A stretch of 48,808 nt of DNA from Halobacteriales archaeon SW_9_67_24 (GTDB lineage Archaea > Halobacteriota > Halobacteria > Halobacteriales > Halococcaceae). Positions 1-12,045 of this stretch are shown here, piece after piece (positions within the stretch are counted from its first letter, which is position 1; each line of letters begins with the position of its first letter). The notes under the pieces were generated by a model, which saw only the letters and a program-made list of their open reading frames with translations, was not told where the DNA came from and did no database searches. The DNA lies in contig PXSV01000087.1 in the NCBI GenBank assembly GCA_003022685.1, positions 1 to 48,808 on the forward strand. The letters are read 5' to 3'. The translations under genes and the position numbers were made by a program.

Positions 1-1756
1 TGGCGGCTCCGGCGGACGAGCAGCGCCGCCCCGCAGTCGGGACACGGCCCGAGGGTCTTGTCGACCTTGAGCGAGTTCCGGAGGTACTCGCCGATCGCCC
101 CGCGCGAGTCGTGGAGTTCCTCGAAAACGGTCGAAAGCATCTCGCGGGACTCGTCAGTCACTTCGTCGAGGGTGATTTCGCCGCTCGCGATCGCGTCCAT
201 GTCGGCTGCGAGCCGTTCGGTCATCGCCTCGCTCACGACCTGCTCGGCGAAGCGCTCGCTGGCGTCGACGACCGCCTTTGCAAGCGTCGTCGGCTGCGGC
301 GGATCGTTTTCGATGTACCCTCGGTCGTAGAGCTTCTCGATGGTGTTGTGGCGGGTCGCCTTCGTGCCGATTCCCATCGATTCCATCGTCTCGATCAGCC
401 GGGACTGGCCGCGCCGGCGCGGCGGCTGGGTTTCCTTCGCCTCGCTCCGGACCTCGCTCACCGGCAGCTCGTCGCCCTCCTCGATGTCCGGCACGTGGTT
501 CTCGGTGGAGTCGACGTAGGGATAAACCGCGTGGTAGCCCGGCTCCAGCAGGCGCTTTCCGTTGGCCTTCAGCCGATGCTCGCCCCCACGGCGGCGGTCA
601 CCCGGAGGTGCTCCCATTCGGCGGGCTCGGCCACGGTTGCGAAAAAGCGCCGGACGACGAGTTCGTACACTGCGCGCTCGTCGTCGCCGAGTTCGGTGGC
701 CGACGGAAGCTCGCCAGTGGGGTGGATCGGCGGGTGATCGGTAGTCTCCTCGTCGCCCTCGGTGGGGGTCGGCTCGCCATCGAGGAGCGCATCGGCGTCG
801 TCACCGAACTCGGGGTGATCGGTGAACTCACCGAGTAGTTCCTCCACATCGAGATCGTTGGGATAGACGGTGTTATCGGTCCGGGGGTAGGTGATGTAGC
901 CCGCGGTGTAGAGCGTCTCGGCGAGACTCATCGCGCGCTGGGCGGAGTAGCCAAGCGAACTCGCGGCGCGGATGTACTGGGTGGTGTTGAACGGGGTTGG
1001 TGGGTCGTCGGTCCGCGTGCGTCGGCGGATTTCCTCGACCGCCGCCGTGTTCGCCCCACGGAGATCGTCGTAGACCGTCTCGTTGCCCTCGTCGTTGTAG
1101 AAATATCGGGCCTCGAACGTCGCCTCGTTCTTCGTCAGATCACAGAACAGCTCCCAGTAGTCGTCGGGATCGAACGCCTCGATCTCGCGCTCGCGGTCGA
1201 CGATCAATTTGAGCGTCGGCGACTGGACCCGCCCGACGCTGATGAAATCGCTGCCCATCCGTTTCGCCGCCAGCGACAGAAAGCGGGTGAGCGCTGCGCC
1301 CCAGACGAGATCGATCTCCTGGCGTGCTTCCCCGGCGGCCGCGAGGTCGAAATCGAGATCGTCGAGGTCGTCGAAGGCCTCGCGCACCTCGGGTTCGGCG
1401 AACGACGAGAAGCGCGCCCGTCGGATCGGGACGTCGGTCACCTCGCGGACGATGTCGTGGGCCTCCTTCCCGATGAGTTCGCCCTCGCGGTCGTAATCGG
1501 TGGCGATGATCACACCGTCGGCGTCCCTGGCGAGCAGCCGGAGGGTGCGGACGTCGACGGGTTCGACGTCGCGCCAGTTGCCGTACTCCGGGGGGAAGTC
1601 GTTCTCGACGACGTGGCCCGAGAGCCCGACACACCGCCGACCGCCCCACTCGTAGACGTTGACGCCGTTGCGCCGCTCGACGTCCGCACTTTCGCCGCTC
1701 AGGATCTCCGCGATGTTCTGCGCCGCGGTCTCCTTTTCAGTGACGATCAGCTCCAT
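1..1756 (-). CDS. topA: DNA topoisomerase I (type IA); 3' end runs off the window; frameshift near 585 and two apparent internal deletions
   Basis: TOPRIM start MELIVTEK, IATDYDREGE, SVGRVQSPTL and catalytic GYITYPRTD. After a G-run frameshift at ~583-587 another frame continues (EHRLKANGKRLLEPGYH...GIGTKATRHNTIEKLYDRGY...GPCPDCG zinc ribbon). Short segments appear missing near 1553 and 1078. Confidence 0.95.
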
Positions 1757-1928
1757 CGGGCGCTGCGTCCCCCTCGCGTCATTGAACCCGATAGGCCGAT
1801 ATTCCTTCTAAACCTTTCGCAAACCACAGGAACGCGCGGACATGTGATCGAGGGGGATGGGACATCGCTGTGAGATCGAACGCTATAACCGATACCGAAT
1901 GCCTGGATCCGTGTCCCGTTTTGAATCG

Positions 1929-2270
1929 TCACTCGGAGACGTGATCAAGCAGATCCCACTCCAACTGGGCGAGGTCCTCGGCAGCAGCGTTGTCCCGATT
2001 GATCCGGTACATCGTGCTGTTGCCGATGGTTCGGGTCTTCTCGACGAGTCGATAGTCGAGGAGATCGTCGATGTGTTCGTAGAACGTGCTGCGATCGATC
2101 CCGGCCAACCGGGACACCTCGGTCGCGTTGAGATCGCGGTCGTTCTCGCCGAGGAACGCCGCCAGAATACGGACTTTGGCGTGCGGACCGAGCACGTCTG
2201 TAAGCACCGTATCCTCTGCGGCGGCTTCCTGCTCGCTGTTGTCCGGTCCGACGGTGCTCATTTCGTACAT
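1929..2270 (-). CDS. winged helix-turn-helix protein (ArsR/TrmB-like)
   Basis: 113 aa; ILAAFL...LNATEVSRLAGIDRSTFYEHIDDLLDYRLVEKTRTIGNSTMYRIN is an HTH plus wing; TATA-like TTATAAA lies ~19-25 nt upstream. Confidence 0.85.
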   Translation of the reverse strand: MYEMSTVGPDNSEQEAAAEDTVLTDVLGPHAKVRILAAFLGENDRDLNATEVSRLAGIDRSTFYEHIDDLLDYRLVEKTRTIGNSTMYRINRDNAAAEDLAQLEWDLLDHVSE

Positions 2271-2390
2271 AACGCTGTGTGGTGCGCGTTTATAATTCCT
2301 GTGGCGAATTGTGGTGTGGGAGGGTATCCTCGAACATTTCCCAGTTTGATTTTTCCAACAGCCATAAGTACCGTACGATCAAACGGGTCT
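2271..2390. promoter_or_regulatory. divergent promoter region with candidate operator repeats
   Basis: AT-rich; minus-strand TTATAAA at 2289-2295; plus-strand CATAAGTA at 2363-2370; inverted repeat GTTTGAT (2344-2350)/ATCAAAC (2378-2384) brackets the plus-strand promoter; TGTGGTG occurs twice. Confidence 0.5.
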
Positions 2391-2687
2391 ATGAGTCATC
2401 ATATGGCCGGCGATCGGGAACTCCGCGTGAAGATCGTACGCCAGCTCGCACGGAAGAAGGTCGTCGGCAGCCACAAAAAGCAGGTCGAGACGGTCAAGAA
2501 CTGGTGTGCGACCAGCGATCAGGGACGCGCTGAGGAACTCATTCGAGAGATGATCACCGATCCCGACGCGCCGCTCGAAGGATACGGCGGCAGCCGGGAC
2601 AACGTTCGGCTCACGAGCATCGACGCCGCGAAGAAGTACATCGTCGATCACGGCGGGGACTTGCCGTGGGGGCTCCGGGACGACTGA
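2391..2687 (+). CDS. small hypothetical protein with basic N-terminal half (start 2391 or 2403)
   Basis: 3' part of ORF 1857..2687; haloarchaeal-style codon usage from ATG 2391; MAGDRELRVKIVRQLARKKVVGSHKKQVETVKNW...LPWGLRDD. Confidence 0.75.
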   Translation: MSHHMAGDRELRVKIVRQLARKKVVGSHKKQVETVKNWCATSDQGRAEELIREMITDPDAPLEGYGGSRDNVRLTSIDAAKKYIVDHGGDLPWGLRDD

Positions 2688-2688
2688 C

Positions 2689-4060
2689 TTAGCCGTCGAG
2701 CTTGTCGCGGAGCACTTGGTTCACCGTACCCGGATCGGCGCTTCCTCCTGTGGCCCCCATGACCTGGCCCACGAGGAAGTTGAGCGCGCCGTCGTCGCCC
2801 GCATGATAATCCTCGACTGCGCCCGGGCTCTCGTCGATCGCCGTCTCGACGGCCCGTTCGATTTCGTCCTCATCGGTGGCTCCGAGCTCCTCACGGTCGA
2901 TCACGTCGTCCGGACCCAGCCCCTCATCGAGCATCGCCCGCAACACCACTTCTTCGGCGTTCTTCTCGGTGATTTCACCCGTCTCAGCGAGTTCTACTAA
3001 TCGAACGAACTCATCGAGTCGGCCTTCGACGTCCCCGATCCGCATGTCGCGGTAGTTGAGTTCGCCAAGGAGGGTGTCCGCGACCCACGACGCCGCGACG
3101 TCGGGATCGAAGCGGTCGGCCACCCGCTCGTAGAAGTCCGCGACGTCGCGGGTCGAGGTGAGCTTCCGGGCCGCTGCCGCGCTCAGCCCATATGCTTCGC
3201 GGAACCGCTCGCGCCGCGCGTCGGGGAGTTCCGGGATCTCGATGTCGTCGGCCCGGTCGGCGACCTGGAGCACGGGGAGATCCGGCTCGGCGAAGTACCG
3301 ATAGTCCCTCTCTTCTTCCTTCGAGCGCATCGAGACCGTCACGCCGCGGGATTCGTCCCAGTGGCGAGTTTCCTGTTCGATCGTCCGATCGCGCTGGAGC
3401 GCGTTGCGCTGGCGGGTGACCTCGTAGGCGAGCGCCTTCTCCGCGCCCTTGTGACTCGAAATGTTCTTGACTTCGGTCCGGTTGGCCTCGGCGAGTGCCG
3501 CGGTCCCGATCGTCTGTCGAACACGTCGAGGTATTCGAGGACTTCAGTGAGTTTCGCAAGGAAGGCCCTGACCTCCTCGGGCCCCCGGAAGTCGGGCTCG
3601 GTCACGATCTCCATCAGTGGGACGCCCGCGCGGTTGTAGTCGACCCGGGTGTACTCGGCGGTGTCGATACCCCCGCTCCCGCCGGCGTGCTGGAGACTGC
3701 CGGGGTCCTCTTCGAGGTGGGCGCGCTCGATCGCGATTTCGCGCTCGTCGTCCTCGATCGCGACGGTGAGTGCGCCGTTCTCACAGAGCGGCGAGTCGTA
3801 CTGGGTGATCTGGAAGTTCTTCGGGAGATCGGGGTAGTAGTAGTTCTTCCGGTGGAATCGAGTCGTCTCGGGCACGCCGGCGTCGATCGCGGCGGCGAGC
3901 TTGAGTCCGGCCTCGACCGCCGCCTCGTTCAACACCGGGAGCGCGCCAGGCAGGCCGAGACAGGTCGGACAGGTATCTTGCTATCGGTTTCGAGCTGGAC
4001 GTGAACCTCGAGCCCGATGACGACGGCGTGCTCGCGCGCCGCAGCGGCGTGGGCAGTCAT
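2689..4060 (-). CDS. gatB: Asp/Glu-tRNA amidotransferase subunit B; split by lesions near 3975 and 3505
   Basis: VIGLEVHVQL, CPTCLGLPGALPVLN, FHRKNYYYPDLPKNFQITQY, HLEEDPG, DYNRAGVPLMEIVTEPD, RTEVKNISS, MRSKEEERDYRYF and NFLVGQVM are spread over three segments. Confidence 0.95.
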
Positions 4061-4202
4061 TGTGGTCGTGTTCGTCCGCACCCGCTAAAACGTGACGCCA
4101 TCGCCGTTCGACCCGATCGCAGCACGGTTCGGGTTCGGAAATGGCGAAAATTCGACAAACGTCTGACGCACGTTTATTGACGTGGGACGGGCTTCGAGAG
4201 GT

Positions 4203-4490
4203 ATGTCGGGCAATCGCGTCGAGGAACTCGAAACGCGGGTCAACGAACTCGAAGCCACGGTAAATGGCCTCACCGAGGAGCTCGTCGAGACCAGGGATCG
4301 ACTCCGCGAGCTCGAAGCCGACGACTCGGACGACTCCGAGGAGTACATCGAGGCCGGCGTCGGGACAACGCCGAAGACGGAAACCGATTCGTCCGAGGGG
4401 AGCGCCGTCGAAGCCGCTGTCGAAGGAGATAAGCACACCGAAGACGAGAAAGAAAGCACGACGGAGGCCGACGACATCATCGTCGCGTAA
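4203..4490 (+). CDS. small coiled-coil acidic protein upstream of smc
   Basis: MSGNRVEELETRVNELEATVNGLTEELVE...DDIIVA; ends 18 nt before smc; resembles the conserved haloarchaeal smc-upstream gene. Confidence 0.8.
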   Translation: MSGNRVEELETRVNELEATVNGLTEELVETRDRLRELEADDSDDSEEYIEAGVGTTPKTETDSSEGSAVEAAVEGDKHTEDEKESTTEADDIIVA

Positions 4491-4508
4491 CGCCCCCACG
4501 AGCACCCC

Positions 4509-7500
4509 ATGAACATCAAGACGCTCGTCTTAGACGACTTCAAGAGTTTCGGCCGGAAGACCCGGATCCCCTTCTATGAGGATTTTACTACCGTTAGCGG
4601 CCCGAACGGCTCGGGCAAGTCGAACATCATCGACGCCATCCTGTTCGCGCTCGGACTCGCCCGCACGCGGGGGATCCGGGCACGGAAGCTCACCGACCTG
4701 ATCTACAACCCTGCCCACGACGAGGGCGATGGGGTCGGCGGCACGCGCGAGGCGAGCGTCGCGGTCGTCCTCGATAATAACGATGAAACCCTCACTCGGG
4801 CCGAGGTCGAGAGCGCCGCCGGCACCGAGGACGTCGGGAGCGTCGACGAGATCACCATCAAGCGCCGGGTCAAACAGACCGAGGACAACTACTACTCCTA
4901 TTATTACATCAACGGCCGGTCGGTAAACCTCGCGGACATCCAGGACCTGCTCGCCCAGGCCGGCGTCACCCCCGAGGGGTACAACGTCGTGATGCAGGGC
5001 GACGTCACGGGGATCATCAACATGACCGCGGGCGAGCGGCGCGAAATCATCGACGAGATCGCAGGGGTCGCGGCGTTCGACGCGAAAAAGGAGGACGCCT
5101 TCGAGGAACTCGAAGTGGTCGAGGGCCGGATCGAGGAGGCCGAACTCCGGATGGAGGAGAAAGAAGAGCGGCTCGGACAGTTGGAGGACGAACGCGAGAC
5201 CGCGCTCGAATACCAGGATCTCCGTGATGAGAAGGAACAATACGAGAGCTACCGGAAGGCCGCCGAGCTGGAGGAAAAACGCGAGGCGCTCGCCGACACC
5301 CGTGAGGCAATCGACGAACGCGAGGAGAAGATCGCAGAACTCCGGCGCGAACTCGACGAGCGCGAGGGACGAGTGTCCAGACTCGAAAGCGACCTCGACG
5401 ACCGCAACACCGAGATCGAGCGGAAGGGCGAGGACGAACAGCTCGCGATCAAGCGCGAGATCGAGGAGGTCAAAGGCGAGATCGGTCGGCTGGAGGACAC
5501 GATCGGGACCGCCGAGGAGCGCATCGAGGACGCAGAGAACGAGCGCCGCCAGGCGTTCGTCGACATCGACCGCAAGCAGGAGACCGTCGACGAGCTCGAA
5601 GGCGACATCCGGGAAGTGAAAGTCGAGAAATCCTCGATCACGACCGAGATCGAGGATCTGGAGGACGACCTCGCCGAGGTCGAGAGCGAAATCGAGGCGA
5701 CCGACACCGCCTACGACGAGCTGAAGGCCGATCTCGCGGAGCAACGCGAGGCGCTCGAAGCCGAAAAGAGCGAAAAGAACGAGAAACAGCGCGAACAGGA
5801 CCGGCTGCTCGACGCGGCGCGGCGGCGCTCGACCGAGCAGGACGAAACCGAGTCCGAACTCGACGAGGCGCGCAAGCAAATTCCCGCAATCGAGGCCGCG
5901 ATCGACGACCTAGAAGACGAACGCGAGAAGGCCGCGACGAACGAGGCGAACATCGAGGACGTCGTTTCCGCCCTCAAAACCGAGAAACGCGAACGCAGCG
6001 GGGAACTCGACGAAATCGAGGAGGAGCTGCGGGCCGCCCAACAGCAGTACGCCGACCTCGAAGCCAAAGCCGACGAGAGCGGCTCGTCGTATGGCCGGGC
6101 GGTGTCGACGGTGTTGAACGCCGACATGGAGGGGGTGCACGGCACGATCGCCCAGCTCGGCGGCGTCGATCCCGAGTACGCGACGGCGTGCGAGACCGCT
6201 GCCGGCGGGCGACTGGCCCACGTCGTGGTCGACGACGACGGCGTTGGCGAGCGCGCGATCGAGTACCTCAAATCGCGGAACGCGGGCCGGGCGACCTTCC
6301 TCCCGCTAACCGAGATGCACCAGCGCTCGCTGCCGCAACTGCCCGGCCAGGACGGCGTGGTCGATTTCGCCGCGAACCTCGTCGACTACCCCCAAGAATA
6401 CGCCGGCGTGTTCTCGTACGTCCTCGGGAGCACGCTCGTTGTCGAGGAGATGGCGACCGCGCGCGAACTCATGGGCGACTACCGCCTCGTCACCCTGGAA
6501 GGCGAGCTCGTCGAGAAGAGCGGCGCGATGACCGGCGGCTCGAAGAGCGGGTCGCGGTACTCCTTCGGGTCGAGCGAGGGTCGACTGAAGCGAGTCGCGG
6601 ATCGGGTGGCCGAACTCGAAGAGGAGCGCCGCGAGGCGAGCCGCCGAGCAGGTACGGGAGGTCGAGGCCGACATCGAGGCGAAAGAGCGCGAGCGCGAGG
6701 AGGTCGAGGAGCGGATCGCCTCCCTCGAAAGCGAGATCGGCGAGATCGAGACCGCTCGCGAGGAGGTCGACGAGGAGATGGGCGAGCTCGAAAGCGCGAT
6801 CGCCGACCACGACGAGAAGATCGAGGGGATCGAAGGCGAGATCGACGAGATCGAAAGCGAGCTTGCCGATTCGGACGTCCCGGAGCTCACCGAGAAGGCC
6901 GACACGATCGAGAGCGAGATCGACGACCGCGAGGACCGGATGGACGACCTCGACGGCCGGCTGAACGAACTCCGGCTGGAGAAGGAGTACGCCGAGGACT
7001 CGATCGACGATCTCCACGACACGCTCGAAACCGTGCAAAATCGCAAGGCAGAGAACGAGGGACGGATCGAGGAGCTCGAAACCGAGATCGCCGAACGCGA
7101 GGACACCCTCGACGAGAAGGAGGCCGCCGTCGCCGACTTGGAGGAGGAGCTCGCCGAGCTGAAAGAGGATCGTGCCGAACTGAAAGACGAACTTCAGGAC
7201 GCACAGGCGGCCCGCGACGAGCAGCAAGAGATCGTGGATGAGGCCGAAGACGGCCTCGACGACCGGCGCGAACGCGCCGAACGCCTCGACTGGGAGATCG
7301 ACGAGCTCGCCGCGGCGGTCGGCGAGTACGATCCCGAGGAGATCCCGGACCACGACGAGGTCGAGCGCGAGATCGAGCGGATCGAGGACGCGATGGAAGA
7401 ACTGGAGCCGGTCAACATGCTCGCGATCGACGAGTACGACGCGGTCGCGGCCGATCTCGCGGACCTCACCGACAAGAAGGACACCTTGACCGACGAGCGC

Positions 7501-8016
7501 GACGGGATCGAGGAGCGGATCGAGTCCTACGAGGCCCAGAAGAAGGGGACGTTCCTGGACTCCTACGAGGCGATCAACGACCAGTTCGAGGCGATCTTCG
7601 AGCGACTCTCGTCGGGGTCCGGCACGCTGCATCTGGAGGATGCCGAAGACCCCTTCGAGGGCGGTCTGACGATGAAGGCCCAGCCAGGCGACAAGCCGAT
7701 CCAACGCCTCGATGCGATGAGCGGCGGCGAGAAATCCTTGACGGCGCTCGCGTTCATCTTCGCGGTCCAGCGCCACAACCCCGCACCGTTCTACGCGCTC
7801 GACGAGATCGACGCCTTCCTCGATGCGGCCAACGCCGAACGAGTCGGCGAGCTGGTTGACGAACTCGCGAGCGAGGCCCAGTTCATCGTGGTCAGCCACC
7901 GTTCGGCGATGCTCGAACGCTCCGAGCGCGCGATCGGGGTCACGATGCAGGGCGACAACGTCTCGGCGGTGACGGGAATCGAATTCGGTGCCCAGGAGGT
8001 CCCGGCGGATGACTGA
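4509..8016 (+). CDS. smc: chromosome segregation protein Smc; frameshift/deletion near 6640
   Basis: FKSF, Walker A GPNGSGKSN, VMQGDV, hinge GRATFLPL and GAMTGGS, long coiled coils; signature MSGGEKS and Walker B LDEIDAFLD in the second frame (6778..8016). Confidence 0.97.
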
Positions 8017-8858
8017 CCCGCCCGATCCGCTGGCGTCGGCGGGCGTCGGCTCGCCTGGCGAGGCCGTGAACGATGCCGGCGACACCGCGGCCGAACCCGA
8101 TGGCGATACGAACGAGTCAAGGGAAGTCGAGCCGGTCGAGCTGCTCGTCAGGCTGGCCGAGGAGGGCGAGATCGAGCCGTGGGACATCGACGTGGTCGAG
8201 GTCACCGATGCGTTCCTCTCGCGGCTCGACACCGCCGACCTCCGGACCTCGGGCCGGGCCTTGTTCTACGCGAGCGTCCTTCTCCGGATGAAAAGCGACG
8301 CGCTGCTCGAACCCGACGAACCGGAGCCCGAAGCCGAGATCGAGCCGTGGGAGGCGGCGTGGGAGCAAGAGGGCGGAGCGGACGAGGACGGGTTCGGTCC
8401 CGACCCGGTGGCGGCGCTCGAAGACGAGATGGACCGCCGGCTCGACCGGAAACAGGCCCGGGGGACGCCCGAGACGCTCGACGAACTCGTGCGGGAGCTC
8501 CGCGAGGCCGAACGCGACTCGTGGTGGAAAGAATCCAGAACCTACGACACGAGCGGGTCGCCGAAGGGCTTTCAGCGCGGTACCCAGAGCCTCGAATACC
8601 GTTCGGGCGACGATCTCCGGGTCGACGACGAGCCGACCGAGGCCGACGTGACGGGGACGGCCCACGGCGAGGACATCGAGACGATCATCGCGGACGTCCA
8701 GCGCGTTCTCCGGAGCCAGTACGACGCCGGGCGCGAGGAGGTGCTGTACGCCGAGATCGAGGGTTCGGGCGGCTCGCGCGTCGAGACGTTCCTCGCCGTG
8801 CTCTTTCTCTCCCATCGGGGCGGCGGCGAGCGCGCCCGAGGAAGCACTCGCGGACTGA
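8009..8858 (+). CDS. scpA: kleisin ScpA; C-terminal deletion/frameshift near 8820
   Basis: EPVELLVRLAEEGEIEPWDIDVVEVTD, SGRALFYASVLLRMKS, TLDELVRELR, FLAVLFLSHRG; likely true end ...PEEALAD-TGA at 8858 in another frame; overlaps the smc stop. Confidence 0.92.
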
Positions 8859-8888
8859 CCGGGTCGAAAGCGTTTGGTTCTACGAACG

Positions 8889-10723
8889 CTACTCGTCCGG
8901 GCTGCAGTCGCCGGTCCGTCGAAGCAACAGTGTGTACTGCTCATCCCGGAGGTCCTGATCGTCGCCATAGGTAACGCTCCGGGGGTACACGCCGACGCGC
9001 AGGAGGTCGATCGGGTCGGTCCGGAACCGCGGTCGCGGCCACAGCGACGGCCGCGGTCCGAACTCGGCGGCGATCATGTAGGAGTACTCACCGTCGAGCA
9101 GGTCTCGGACGTACTCGCCGCGCCGTGGTGCCGAAAACTCGGGCATCCACGACGGCTCGGGGTCGCCCTGTGTCGCCACCCACGGCACCGAACGCGTCGA
9201 CTTCTTGCCACCCGCATCGAGATACGTGAGATCCCAGTAGGTGAGCTGGATGTAGGTGGGACACCGTTCAGGCATGTCGAGCATCCACGCGGTTTTCGAC
9301 AGGAACCGGTCGCTGGGACCGGTCTCACCCACGTTCTCTTGGTAGCTGCTGATCGCCATTCCGCGCGGGAACGCCGCGTCCCGGTATCGGATCCGGTAGG
9401 TTTCCATCGTGGTGTCGTCGGGAGTGTGCTCGTTCAGCCACGCCGCCGCCTCGTCCCGGGGAGCGCTCGCGCAGTGGAGGTCGCCGACGACAGCGTAGCT
9501 CCCGTCGGTGACGAGGAGGATTGCGATGAGGGGACGTGCGAGGCTGGGATTGTGAGCGTGGAGACGCGACAGACCGATCCCGAGCACGACCGCGAGCAAC
9601 GGGAACGTCGGGAGGAGGTGATGCAGCCGGACGTACTCCCACCGGCTGTACACGAGGAGGAACGCCGCGACGCCGGCCAGCGCCAACACGACGGCGTCGG
9701 TCTCCCGTGAGCGTTCGCGGAGACGGGCGATCCCCGCCGCGACGCCGCAGACGACCGCGACGAACAACGGGAGCCCGAACCCGTTGAGATACCCGCGAAG
9801 TAACTACCACGTCGGCGCGGCCGGCCCGCCGAGACCGCGGTTTTTCCGCTCGGCCTGAACGCCGATCCGTTCCCATAGCACGTCGGGCCCCGCGACGAGC
9901 ACCTCGGGATGGCCCATGACGACCGCCCCTGCGCCGACGACCGCGCCGAGGCCGAGGAGTCGTGGCTCGAACAGTCTGCGCCACCCGCGGGCGGTGCGGG
10001 CGCGCAGGAGGGACGCCACGCCGAGCACGACGACGCTCACGCCGGCGGTCAGCTTGAACGCGATGGCGAACCCGCCCGCCCCACAGCCGGCGAGAAAGGC
10101 GGTTTCGTCGCCGGTCTCGACGTACCGGAGCGCGAAGGGAACGGTGAGAAGGAAACAGAACACCGCGGGAACGCCCTCGCTTACCTCGTGTGCCATCACG
10201 AGGAAGCCGAACGTGAGCGTCAGGACGAGCGCCGCGATCCGACCGGCCATCCGGTCGCGGGCCGCGGTCCCGATCCGATAGGTGAGGTAGACACACCCGA
10301 CGGCGATCACGACGATCACGGAACGACCGAGGGGGAGGCTCCATGTCCAGACCCATTCAGGATATGACTGTGGTTCGAGGTGGGTGAGCACGTCGAAGCG
10401 GCCATCGAGACCGAGAACCACGAACACCGGGAAAAAGGGCGATCCCGTAGAGATACAGCGTCGCGCCGGCGAAGCGTTTGGCGAAAACCGCGGACGGAAC
10501 CGACGCGATCGCCGGATCAGCGGCGAGGATGCCGACTGCCCGCAGCGCGTCGAGGAGTCGCCAGCGCTCGTCGATGGTGGCGACGGTCGGGATCAGGTGC
10601 GAGAAAAAACCCGCGAGCCCGACGATGTATTTCAGCCACGGGTCGGCCCCGGAGATCGCTCACGACCCCTCGTTTCGCACGGGCCACCAGCCGGTTCCCC
10701 GCCACATACCTGTGTACTCGCAC
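8889..10723 (-). CDS. GT-C fold membrane glycosyltransferase (ArnT/PMT, GT83/GT39-like); fragmented, start approximate
   Basis: First-loop TIDERW, multiple TM helices, AVGCVYLTYRIG, AHEVSEGVP, GGFAIAFKLTAG, RLHHLLPTFPLL and a soluble C-terminal domain; broken by frameshifts (~10655, ~10610, ~10435) and a TAG at 9804. Confidence 0.75.
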
Positions 10724-10768
10724 AGGCGGGATCGAAAGCGTCCGGTCCCGGGCCGGCGACCCTGGTCG

Positions 10769-11875
10769 TCACCGGATCCACGTCGTGAGGATGGTGCGGG
10801 CGAGACCGAGGGCGTATCCGAGCTTCGGCTTTTTGCTCTCGCCGGTCTCGCGTCGCGCGATCGTGACCGGGATCTCCTGGATCCGGAGCCCCTTTTTGCG
10901 CGCCTCGATGATGAGTTCGGGCGCGCTGAAGCGCTCCTCAGTGAGCGTGAGATCGTTGAGCCGTGATCCGCGGATCGCCCGGAACCCGTTGGTGCAGTCG
11001 GTGATCCCCGCCTTCGTCATCGCGTTGATTAGCGCCGTGAACACCCGGATCCCCGACCGACGCGTGACGCCGTTGTCGGAGTTGTCCTCCCCGACGTACC
11101 GCGAGCCGACCACGTAGTCGGCCTCCTCGGCGACGATCGGCGCGACGAGCGCGCCGAGCTGTTCCGTGGGGTGCTGGCCGTCGGCGTCAATCGTTATCAC
11201 GATGTCCGCGCCGCGCTGGCGGGCGATCTCGAAGCCGGTCTTGAGCGCGCCGCCCTGGCCCTGGTTGAGCGGGTGTTCGACCACGGTCGCCGCGGTGGAC
11301 GCGACTCGTTCGGCTGTCGCGTCGGTCGAGCCGTCGGAGACCACAAGCGCCTTGACCGCGTGGCCGTGAAGCGACGCGGGCAGCGACTCCACTACCCGCC
11401 TGACGCTCTCGGCCTCGTTGTAGGCCGGGACGATGACGTGGATCGTCCGCTCGTCCGAATCGTCGGCGCTGGTGGCCGTCCCGTCGGCCTGCTCCACGGT
11501 GAGGGTTCGGGTGAGTTCGCTGATCGAGAGCTGGTTGCTCCGGACCTGTGCGAACAAGTAGAGCACGAGCAGGATCAGACCGGTGTTTGCCAGCAGCGAG
11601 ACGACGAGCGACCGGCGCTCGACCTGAAATATTGCCGCTAGAGCGCCGTACACCGCCGGGAACGCCCCGGAGGCGAACACGCCGACCGAGAGCACGATCG
11701 CGACGAGGAACTCCCGCCGGGAGAACGTGGTCCGGTAGCGCTTGAACCCCCACAGGAAGATCACGACCGAGAGGCCGATCAGGAACGCGGTGAGAACGTC
11801 GCTGTCGAGACCAGAGGCTTGTAGAACGATGTCCTTGGTTTCCCGCACGGCACTCACCGTTCGAATCGACAGCAT
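10769..11875 (-). CDS. DUF2304-like membrane domain fused to a GT2 (DPM1-like) polyprenol-phosphate glycosyltransferase
   Basis: Three N-terminal TMs ending ISELTRTL (DUF2304-like), then VIVPAYNE, VVSDGSTD, NQGQGGAL, TIDADGQH, VVGSRY and TDCTNGFRA. Confidence 0.88.
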   Translation of the reverse strand: MLSIRTVSAVRETKDIVLQASGLDSDVLTAFLIGLSVVIFLWGFKRYRTTFSRREFLVAIVLSVGVFASGAFPAVYGALAAIFQVERRSLVVSLLANTGLILLVLYLFAQVRSNQLSISELTRTLTVEQADGTATSADDSDERTIHVIVPAYNEAESVRRVVESLPASLHGHAVKALVVSDGSTDATAERVASTAATVVEHPLNQGQGGALKTGFEIARQRGADIVITIDADGQHPTEQLGALVAPIVAEEADYVVGSRYVGEDNSDNGVTRRSGIRVFTALINAMTKAGITDCTNGFRAIRGSRLNDLTLTEERFSAPELIIEARKKGLRIQEIPVTIARRETGESKKPKLGYALGLARTILTTWIR

Positions 11876-12045
11876 AGTCTGTCCGGCGTCACGGATGCAC
11901 GTGGCATTAATGTTGTTGATCGCCGTGTAACACTCTTTCGAGACGACGGGTATTCGACTGGTTCGTCGTGGTCAGTGGCGTGGCGACGCCGCTGACGACA
12001 AAGCACACCAGTTATGACGAATGGCGGCCCACTACCGACCGACCG

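Noticed and set aside
6630-6660. Programmed frameshifting as an explanation for split smc, gatB and ppsA
   Set aside because: Conserved coding sequence is missing at the junctions and no slippery sites are evident, so these are deletions rather than recoding.
4530-8232. Long antisense and alternate-frame ORFs (e.g. 4530..5879, 6490..8232, 23022..25442, 30493..32259, 36996..38885, 40641..42209, 46288..48099)
   Set aside because: These are shadow ORFs expected from high GC and biased codon usage opposite well-supported genes; they show no motifs.
8009-8858. smc-scpA without adjacent scpB
   Set aside because: This is a usual arrangement in haloarchaea, not unusual.
9804-9806. In-frame TAG in the GT-C gene as possible readthrough or pyrrolysine
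   Set aside because: A single change from TGG in a Trp-rich context within a gene with several other lesions; no pyl genes are present in the window.
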